Of a DNA stretch of 63,502 bases, positions 1-9,389 are shown in pieces. Each line of letters begins with the position of its first letter. Position 1 is the stretch's first letter. The notes under the pieces are model-generated. The model searched no databases, had not been told where the DNA came from, and was given only the letters and a program-made list of their open reading frames with translations. Both the position numbers and the translations under genes were made by a program. This DNA comes from Paraglomus brasilianum (Eukaryota). The stretch covers positions 1-63,502 of the forward strand of contig CAJVPI010000059.1 of assembly GCA_910592345.1 (NCBI GenBank), in the 5' to 3' direction.

Positions 1-559
1 CTGGTGTTACTGCGCCGTCGGAGAAATGCAGAAATTTAGGAGAGAATACGTCACTGTTTATAACGTAGCATCACATGTCCTTATTCATAAAGAGCCCATT
101 TATTTAGTCGTCTTAAATAAAACAAACTTTTGTTCAATGGCGTCACTTTCAGGAGTAATGTGTTATTACTCATCTTAAAATAGGTTAATAAAGTTGTTTC
201 TAACGATAATCCCGTCCACTCTGCTGACCATTTTATTATCATTCCATTCATTTGTCAATTTTATTTCACAAGAAAGTACGTTATCAAAAACCGAGTTGGA
301 CAAAAATCTCATTTGTCAACTTGGTCGAGAAAAAAATATAATAATCGCATTTGTGAGCTGCTCGAGTTCAATCTCGTTGAGATTATTGTTGATAAATACA
401 CGGATTGTCATGATAGGTATTGCGACTGATTCGATAAGCGTGTTCGATGTTTAACCATTGCGAACCTTGGACTATAAAATATGGTAAAATTTCCGTGAGA
501 CAATTCATAACAACGACGGAGTGTATTGATTGAATAACAATGCAGACAACGTATATACC

Positions 560-2000
560 GTTAAATGTGAGAATGTCTTTTTTTTCCCGAAAGATGTCAT
601 AATTGTTTCAACTATTTCTGTTGATTACCCCAAATGCTTTGACATCTGCGACTGATAGAACTTGGTAAACTACCAAAGTTTGGAAAGTTAGAAAGCTTCC
701 AGTAATTGGTAAATTTAATGATCTAATAATGATTAATAACTTTAGATCATAGAATATTCGTACGAATGGATGGCAAGGCATTATTAATATGTTTACCGAG
801 GCATCACTATATTCCGACACTGCAATTCAAACTAACCTCAATGTTCCGTCAATCCTCAAGACGACAGTCCAAAGTCTCGTCTTCTATAACATTACGTTCA
901 GTCACTTCTCTTTCTCCTTTAACCTCATTTCTTCACATTTTCCTTTTTCTGCATGGTGCCATAATTCATTGTCTATGTCACCGTCCAAATCACGCGACTC
1001 TGACGCTACTTGATGAGACAAAAAGGCTGGAGCTGTTTCCACGAGAAGTCTGAGTTAAGTCTTGGTCGTCACGGTACAAGCAACACGAGATTATTGGTGT
1101 TGACTATGAGAATCAATCAATCGGTATGGAAATACGTTAAACAAAGTAGAAGATGTTTTGTCAGCGCTTAATACTACCCGCTATTATAACAAATTAAAAT
1201 TGCTCCTCACTCACGTTGATATTACTTGTCAATTTGCGGAACGCAACCATCATCTGCATTTAATAACTTAATCGACCCCATCTCCGTACAACTAATGTAT
1301 ATGGAATCAACAATATGTGCGCTGATTATGACCGTATTTTTAGCATCTCTACTAAATGGTATTGTTTGAATAAGTCGAAACCCATCTGTAAAAGCAAAAT
1401 AAAAAGGTCAGTAAACATTAAGATAATATGCAAAGCATATAACTGAATAATTACCAGCATCAAGAGACCATTCGCATACACGAGTTCCGTTGGACCTTCT
1501 GTATGAAAGCCTGCTTTATTACCGAGTTTTTGTACACATCTTTTCCCTATCATAAATAAAATGTAAACTCTCAAAGAATCTTCTTCATTTCACATCTCAT
1601 AAATCTACCAAATGTCTCCGATGACCGGCTTCCATTACTATCTCCTCCTTTGTCAGTGTCTGACGTTATTAGAGAAATATCACCAACAAACCAGTGATAA
1701 GCAGTAATAAAGATACTTACCAAACCCCAAGTGGAAGCAACTCGGAATATAGGGGGGTGCAAACAACGGATTAAATAGTTTAGTAATTACTGTTTACGGG
1801 TTGAATTCTCATTGGGTAATAGACGGCACGTGAATTGAGAATACTCATTGCATATTCTCTTAAAAACGTATCAGATCATCCATCCATTCTGACTATATAG
1901 CATTTCGAAAAACTATATTCAACGATACATTATTAATACCGCTGGCTGTGTTAGCGAATTACGATACGCTGTTCCAATCTTACCATCTCCAGCGACGATG
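560..2000 (-). pseudogene. CFT1: Degenerate fragment of cleavage and polyadenylation specificity factor subunit 1 (CPSF160/Cft1), central beta-propeller region
   Basis: Collinear minus-strand peptides separated by GT-AG introns: VQKLGNKAGFHTEGPT (~1490-1535), FRLIQTIPFSRDAKNTVIISAHIVD (~1305-1385), STPIISCCLYRDD (~1065-1103), WTVVLRIDGTL (~839-871). These follow the recalled CPSF160 order GFxTxGPT...LHFIP...IVxxxxxD...CLYRD...WxxxxRxxGTxE. Frameshifts and stops occur throughout. Boundaries approximate. Confidence 0.55.
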
Positions 2001-2132
2001 GATTCATTGTCATGGACATCAAAGTGTCAAGAATAGGTTATACTAGTCAAGAACACGAATTATTATTTTCGGTGCTGCCAGACCCAGTTTGTGTTACATA
2101 CCAGAACATCTAAACGTAAAATCGGCATGATA

Positions 2133-2721
2133 CATAGTCAAACTCGATAAGATAAAGTCGACGGCTGGTGGTATCGGTTTAAGCTATAGAGGTTTTATTT
2201 TATCGAGGATTATATGGCATACTGCGGCTTCAACACAAATTGCAGATTGCTACTATTGGTGGAATATTGGGTTATACTGGACTGTTGAAGATTTCCCGCA
2301 AGTTCTTGATTTTGATATAAGCGCGTAAGGAGCATGTTCTTTTTTTGTAGTCCCGTTATAGTCTTTCTCGTAATTGATCGGGGTTTTTTACCACCAGATA
2401 ATGAATTAGATATATTCTTGCGTTTATTTTTAATAGAAGAATCAGCAGTGGTATTTATGGTTTTCGAATCAAGAATTAAGATTGTTTGGTAACACCAATT
2501 CTTTAAATGGCAAATTATTTAATTTAAAGAGGTAAATCTTTAACTAGAGGTTTGCTTGTTATAAGCGTGAGAGAATTCTCTTTATCTTACAGTTTTTCGA
2601 GGTTTTATAATAAAATTTATATTATGGAGGTATTTTTAATATAAAAAATTCGGGGCGAGAAAATTCTTTATCTTAGAGTGATTTTATCTTAAAGTGACTT
2701 TATTTTATCGAGTTGACTATG
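2133..2721. mobile_element. Non-autonomous pogo/Tigger-like MITE (~590 bp)
   Basis: TIRs CATAGTCAAACTCGATAAGATAAAGTC / GACTTTATTTTATCGAGTTGACTATG. TA on both sides (2131-2132, 2722-2723). Internal subterminal TTTTATCTTA(G/A)AG-like repeats. Confidence 0.75.
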
Positions 2722-3524
2722 TAGTTTAATATCAAATTGTGAATTACAAGTATAGTATATTTATGATGTACCACAGCACATACAAAGGCTTAATCGCATT
2801 TTTGTCATTGCATACTCGGACTTTCCAACTTTCCTTAATTTATCCATTTTCCCTAGTCTGTTGCAGAAAACGTAACATGGTGGGAATAACGCCATTGAGA
2901 CAACTTATAATCTGCCAAGTAAATAAGATCTTGGCTTAGCGCAAAAGGGATTTATTGTCCTATTTTAGATCACCGATAGCATATCTTAATCTACCTGTGA
3001 AAGCGGCATATAAAAGAAAACGCTATTGAACAAGGTTTGCCCTTGAGTAAACAGATCGTTATTTTAATGGTCTATAAACAGCAAAAAGAGGCTTGGCTCA
3101 TCACAAAAAATTTAAGGATTCTATTTTAGATACTGATAACGTACCCCGCCCCAAAAATAATGACAAACGAACAAATAGAAAACGCCAAAAGAATAACGTT
3201 GTTCTATAGTAAGCGTGATTTTTTAAATGGCTTGTTAATTCCTATTCAGAACTTGACAACGTAATTGCTTGTAAAAAAGTAATTAATGGACGAAAAAGAA
3301 ACGCCGTCTTGCTTCAAAGTTTATCCGCAGCAAACTTTATCAGTTCCGTTGTAAATAATTGATGACGCAGTTGCTTTGAGCAAATTCTGTGCAAGAGATA
3401 ACATGATCTGTGCTTCAAAAACTTTGTTCATCCTATTTGAGTTAGTTGATACGCACTCATTCGAGCAAAAGGACCAGGATATGAGACACGAAGTTGTTAG
3501 AAATATGTCTTCTCAAATGATGTG

Positions 3525-3903
3525 CAGTCGAACGTCGTTATACCGAAGGAATTCTGGCTCCCTCATTTTTTAAATAGTAAAATCTCGTTATACCATTGCC
3601 GAAGTTTGATGCAGGATTTTTACATGGGCTACTAATCGCTTTATACCGAAGTTTTGTCACGGGATAAAATTGTAGAATAGTGATTGGTTGCAGCAGATAA
3701 ATTTTGGTCATGCGATTTTTGGTCATAACGATTTTTCGCATCATATGATTTTGACAGTATTAATAGTATGATTTTAGTTGTGTGCCAGTATTTTCGACCC
3801 GGGCCTAACTTCGTTATATAGAGGTACCTCACTATACCAAATGTCTCGTTATACCGAATCATGGATGCCTCCCCCGACACTTCGGTATAACGAGGTTTAA
3901 CTG
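3525..3903. mobile_element. pogo/Tigger-like MITE (~380 bp)
   Basis: TIRs CAGTCGAACGTCGTTATACCGAAG / CTTCGGTATAACGAGGTTTAACTG, followed by TA on the right. Several internal (C)TCGTTATAC repeats. Confidence 0.75.
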
Positions 3904-5111
3904 TAAGCCCCATAGAATATCCTACATTAAACTCAACATTTTTCAGACTCGTTTCATTAATACAGTAATATGCGTGGTAAGTCTGTTGGGAAGTTTTGAA
4001 TTGTCAGTTATGATACGCAAATAATCTCACCTAGCGTGTGTGCTTTTCTTTTTTCACAGACAATTGGGCTTTCGTAAGGGAAACTATCAGACCAATCATG
4101 TTGCATCGCTTTCTTATCTAGATTTCCATCTTTCGATTTTCTACTTTTTTTTCGACAGGGTCGATGTTAAACGAACCGGAGCCAAAGGTGGCTATAATTG
4201 AACGGATCGGATAAACTATTAACGTTTTGACAGGCGAAAATCGCCAACATCTGTTGGTGTCAACAATATTATAAAACAAAAGTTCGTTCAAATGTTTTCC
4301 TTTTTTTAACTGCTCGTTATAAAGCAAAATATCTGTTGATATTAGGAATAAAGGTAGTGAGGGACACACTTTTTGTGTCACGGACCACCCCTTCAATTTT
4401 TATTAATCATGAATAAATTCACAACCGAGATGTCATACAGCCATGGAATTTATACCAATGTTAGCGCACATTATCGCTAATGTTTCTGCAAAATTTCATC
4501 ATAGGTTAAATAGTAGAATACTAAACTCACTTAGTATTAGAGCATGTTTGCATGCTACCAAAAATAGAGAAATAGAATTTGTGATATAAACATTATAATT
4601 GTCCCAAAAATAATAATTTACTTAACAATATCTTATAAATTTACATTCATTATAAAAGCACTACAAAGTATAAAAAAAATTTTACTTAATTGCTGAGTTA
4701 TTGAATTTTGAAAATTGTCTAGCATTTTGACAGATCATTGTAATTACTATTACCATTGCCAAATTACTATGGAAACATAAATTTTGTCTAAAAATAAAGA
4801 AACATTAAAAACCCATTGACTCTATATGTTAACAAAGCATCAAAAGGAAAATATCATTGTTTTCAAGGGTGGATTGGGCCATTTTTATGAATAATTTTAA
4901 ATTGCAAGAATATACTGCAATCTACAGAGAATATAATCTTAATTAATAATCAATGTAACATCAAGTATTTATTTTTAACTTGCCTGTCTTGGGCATTCAT
5001 AACATGCTTTCTTTAAATGCAATTTTTTGTGGGAAAATAATTCCTGCCAAAGATTTCTATGTCTCGCATATTTACTTGTGTGACCCAAACTTTTCATCAC
5101 CAACCCGCCAA

Positions 5112-6172
5112 ATGTCAACCACGAAAGTATGGAACTTTGGCGCTGGTCCTGCTCAGAGGTCCTCAAGCCGAATTTCTCGATTTCAACAATACCGGAATGT
5201 TGTCAGTCCTCGAAATCTCTCATCGTTCCAAAACTTTTGATAACCTTCTCAAAAGACCAAGAATGATTTACAATAATTGTTAAATATTCCAGAAAACCAC
5301 AAGATAGCTATTCATACAGGGAGGCGGCCATACCCAATTTTCGGCTGTCGTATATAATCTCGTAGCCGCAAAGAGGGCAAAAACGGGCGATTATTCATGA
5401 AGACCCACCAGTGGACTATGTAATCAACGGATCATGGTCATCGGTGGCGAGGCGAAAAGATTATATGCAAACGCAGATGCTGCCTACGTATTACTGCGAT
5501 AACGAAACAATCAATGGGTTGAATTCCTCTACATTCCCAACATTGATCCTTCCGTGCCACTCGGTGTGACATGTCTTCGAATATACTCTCGCGTAAATTC
5601 GATGTTAGTAAATTTGGCGTGATCTATGCGGAGCTCAGAAGAATGTTGGACCGGCCGGCTGGAATTACCATTGTGATCGTGAGAGAAGATTTATTGGTTG
5701 ATCAGCAAAAGACTGTTGTCGAGCATAGTGCTGGGAGTAGTAGCATGTTACTAGTATGTTGGATTACAAATCATGGCAGATACAGATTCGCTATATAACA
5801 CACCTCGTATTTGCAGTGTATATGGCGGGATTAGTGTTCGAGTATTTAATAGCACGAGGTGGAGTTCAGGAGATTGAGAAAGCTAATGAGAAAAAGGCTA
5901 AACTGCTGTATGACTATATCGATCAATCAAAAATCTACCAATCGCATATTGATCCAAAAGTGCGATCGAGAATGAACGTGCCATTCAGAATAAACCCACC
6001 CGAATTGGAGGCGCAATTCTTGGCAGGTGCTGAAGCTTTGAGGATGTATCAGTTGAAGGGACATCGTAGTGTTGGCGGCCTTAGGGCCAGCATTTATAAT
6101 GCCATGACATTAGAGGGCGTAACTGCGTTGATTGATTACATGAAAGCATTTGAGAAAAAACATTCAGCATAA
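5112..6172 (+). pseudogene. SER1: Phosphoserine aminotransferase (SER1/serC) pseudogene, intronless
   Basis: Motifs [63 protein letters not shown] and RSRMNVPF...LKGHRSVGGLRASIYNA are present in order. They are broken by many frameshifts, an in-frame TAA (5274-5276), a 4-nt CCGG duplication near 5651-5658, and internal deletions after AGPA and after AKRL. Confidence 0.9.
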
Positions 6173-6323
6173 AATAAAAAACAATTCGAGATCTTTATTT
6201 ATAATGTGACACAAAACATTGATTGATAAGTAATGAAATAGTTGCAATCTGTGTCGACAAGAATCATCTGCGGAGTGCCATATGACAAGCGCAAATTGTC
6301 AGAAAGCTTTGTACCCCGCGCCG

Positions 6324-8315
6324 TTATCGCTTCTTTGCTGGTCTGGGTTTAACATCATCCTCTTTTACACCGTGCAGATATACAATGTTCTGGTTCTGTT
6401 GGAACGATTGATAACCCTACATTATAAGAAATCGGAATAAACAAAAGTTAGTGAAAAAGGGTTTAATGATCGGAGACCTTCAATACACATATCATTGATT
6501 TCTTAATAATACTACTTACCTTACTCCAATCGTAGGCTGCGGCATAAGCAAAGAATGTACCATTTCTATTAAAAGTAGTAGCAGAGATAGGACTTCCAAT
6601 ATTGGAAAAGCCTTTGAGTCTCTGCTTCGAATCTTTATCCCAGAAATTAAATGTACCATCACTGCCAGCAGTTGAGAATGTGCCATGCAAGGGATGGAAT
6701 GAGATTGCATTCACTGAATATACATTACTGCCCTCTCGGTGGCATTTGAACGAGAAGCTTGAACTTGAATAATAAAGAATATTAATTAATACCATACATT
6801 TTACGCGATTGAAATATTAACTTGTAGTAACATGAAAACATTCATCTACTTACTGTCCATCTTTGTCGTCGAGATATTGTATCCCGACTCTTCCTTCGAT
6901 ACTTCCAATAGCATAGCCGGTTGCGTTTACGAAACAGGAAATCACTCTAGTTTGATATTTCAAGGGACTCGGTTGCGTCTGTAAGCCAAAATAAACAATG
7001 ATTGAAATGATGTTAGCAAACAGAACAATCTTACAAACTATGATGAATGACGTTTTTACCATATCTCACTACGTCACCTTATATGGTGTACCTGGGTTTG
7101 CTATATTGTAAATTACAATATGCCTATCGGCTGTACCAATAACCAATAGGGGAGAAACTAGATCCATCGTGTAAACCCTGTCGGGCACATCAATGCTCAA
7201 TACAGGATTCGGTGTTCGAGTATCCCAATACTTGACAGTTTTGTCCCAGCTTCCGGTGCAGACCAGATTATTTGGTTGATTATCTACCCATTTGATAGTC
7301 TTTATAGGAGCTTCATGTTGGGCAATTTGCATAGGCTGTTGTGTAGCTAGATCAAACAGTCGACCAGCCTTATCCGTGCCGCCCGAAACGAGTTTGGATC
7401 CATCCTAAACCGGTTGAAAATATAAAAAGAGATTAGGCATAAAACCGATCGGAAATTGCAAAGAAACAAAGGATTTCGCTTTCAAGTTTGTATTAATTAA
7501 CTCACTTTACTCCATGCACAGCATAAAGCAGCACCGTCATGCTTGTATAATGCTTTGCCATACGCTGCTCCGGCTGCAGCATTTACTTCATATATTCTCA
7601 CCTATAAGGAAATGACAATTACACAAATGTTAAACCGCAGTTATAACAAGAAGGAATTCGGCAACATTCTATGGTAGCATGTTTCATATTAACACTATAA
7701 TACATTGTGATTTACTTGACTGTCAAGACAACTAAACAGAACCACTCCTTCTGGACCCGGCCATTAATCTTGAGACAATAACAACTCGTTTTGCAAGAGA
7801 TCTTCGAACAGAACAAGATGGTATTTGTAGTCCCTCGCGGTCCTTTTTAATACATAACCACATTTAACATTCAATCGCAGTGTTATATAATAAAGGAATG
7901 TAAACCTTTACAGTATGTTTGCAGTCGGACTGCGATGAACACCATCAGTGGAGTGGGAGTGATTTGGGAGAAAGAGAGAGAGAGGTCGTCCATTGTTGTC
8001 TAAAGTCATAAGGGCATCATCACAAGATGGTAGTCTCATGTTAACCAAAACAACCGCCGCCGAATTCCATTGGTATTTAGGTCACATTTGTTGCTAATTG
8101 ACTTACGGAAGTATCCCATGAAGAAACAGCAAGATAGTCTGCAACTGGCGAGAACGCCAGCGCGCTGATACCATCACCTGGTGGATCAGGTATCTAGATG
8201 AAAAGTGTGGGAGAGCAATGTTAGCAATAGTCAATTTTCTACTCACACATGCTTCATGCGATGATTAGTACGGCATTCTTACTCGATAATCTTTTGGCTG
8301 TTCAGAGTTTATCAT
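6324..8315 (-). CDS. RAE1: mRNA export factor RAE1/GLE2 (WD40), 7 exons, ~334 aa, apparently intact
   Basis: Exons 8315-8283, 8193-8107, 7601-7506, 7404-7078, 6978-6854, 6763-6520 and 6416-6324 all have GT-AG boundaries and splice in frame: [27 protein letters not shown]...SWD...[12 protein letters not shown]...SPLKYQTR...GSIEGRV...FSFKCHR...[14 protein letters not shown]...YDWSKGY...KPRPAKKR*. Confidence 0.95.
7718..7840 (-). ncRNA. Possible box H/ACA snoRNA in RAE1 intron 2
   Basis: Minus strand: hairpin 1 (GCGAGGG...ATCTT/AAGAT...CTCTTGC), ANANNA box AAACGA (7791-7786), hairpin 2 (CAAGA...TCC-AGAA-GGA...TCTTG), then ACA + 3 nt. About 123 nt. Folded by eye only. Confidence 0.3.
7941..8031 (-). 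ncRNA. Candidate intronic box C/D snoRNA in RAE1 intron 2
   Basis: Same strand as RAE1: 5'-ACCATCTT-GTGATGA (box C, 8023-8017) ... CAAATCACTCCCACTCCA-CTGA (box D, 7948-7945)-TGGT-3'. Terminal ACCA/TGGT stem, length 91 nt. The host intron is 505 nt, whereas the other RAE1 introns are ~90-105 nt. Confidence 0.65.
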
Positions 8316-8339
8316 TGTGAGTTATTTTGAATTTAGTGA

Positions 8340-8442
8340 GAGAAACGAGTAAGTTGTGATAGTAATAAGATTTATAATGATTGGCAAAATGTGAGAAACG
8401 AGTAAGTTGTGAAATACGCATTTATAATGATTGGCAAAATGT
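8340..8442. repeat. Imperfect tandem duplication (~50 bp) just upstream of the RAE1 start codon
   Basis: GAGAAACGAGTAAGTTGTGA...ATTTATAATGATTGGCAAAATGT occurs twice in tandem. Confidence 0.85.
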
Positions 8443-8670
8443 CGTACGTGTGTAACATTAATAATTGCGCAGCGTGCGCAGTATGGCGTAGCTTTCGATA
8501 TTAATGTAAAAACTGCGGGGACTGCATTAATAATAAATCATTTGTCGATTAGAGATATACATAACATAACAAAAACTTTGTATTCATCACCTTATCAGCC
8601 AGCAAAATTCACAGATTTTACCCAAGGATACTCATCCGCTGACTAATCGATTTCTTACAAATCAATATTA

Positions 8671-8790
8671 TCAGGAATTTACCTGCCAGGTCGCACAACC
8701 CGACACGTCGTACAGTCCATAATATTTCTATTTATGGAGGAGAAGCCATCTAAGATTTGAGCCTGCACGACCTGGCAGGTAAATTCCTGA
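8671..8790. mobile_element. 120-bp MITE with perfect 23-bp TIRs and TTA target-site duplication (PIF/Harbinger, Tourist-like)
   Basis: TCAGGAATTTACCTGCCAGGTCG ... CGACCTGGCAGGTAAATTCCTGA, with TTA at 8668-8670 and 8791-8793. Confidence 0.75.
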
Positions 8791-9207
8791 TTATCAAATC
8801 AATCACATTAGTAATATCAGTGAATTTAAAATATTTTTAAGATAGGGTTACCCTTTAAGATAATAATAACACAAATTAAAATGTAATATGTTTATCCTGT
8901 GTATCAATCAATAATAATAACAGATCACATCACTGACATGGGTGCATAATATAATATGTAACTTATAAAATTTCTGTTAACATACATAAAAGCTCATTGT
9001 TATACAACTTACCATATGTGTTCATGTATTTATACTACAGGAACAGGCAAGCAATAAAACCTTGTGGTAGTTACTTTCTTCACCTTATTCTGTTCTAATT
9101 GTGCTGTAATTTTGGATATTATTTCTGGACAAGTAATGTCTTTGAATTTATCTCCTAAAATTTTATAATGGATATTCTAGTTTTTGTACTCAAAGAAGTT
9201 CAACATA

Positions 9208-9389
9208 CAGTAGACTCTCCCTAAGTGCAGCACTGATGGGACCATATGGCCAAATCAGACACGACCTGCATTTATAGAGAGTGAAATACTTGATGGTCTT
9301 ATAATTTCGGGACCAACCAGAGCCTGCATTTAGGGAGGGAAAATATAGTGCCTGCACTTAGAGAAGTTGCACTTAGGGAGAGTCCACTG
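9208..9389. mobile_element. pogo/Tigger-like MITE (182 bp)
   Basis: TA-CAGTAGACTCTCCCTAAGTGCA ... TGCACTTAGGGAGAGTCCACTG-TA, with internal TGCA(C/T)TTA(G)GGAG-like repeats. Confidence 0.85.

Noticed and set aside
4360..4920. Possible DNA transposon remnant upstream of SER1
   Set aside because: Only a weak CCACCC(C)TT/AAGGGTGG inverted match, with no clear termini or TSD.
5112..5805. Programmed frameshifting, RNA editing or long-read error as the cause of the SER1 breaks
   Set aside because: The lesions include multi-codon deletions, a 4-nt duplication and a stop, and are not confined to homopolymers. Adjacent RAE1 and FOL3 are error-free.
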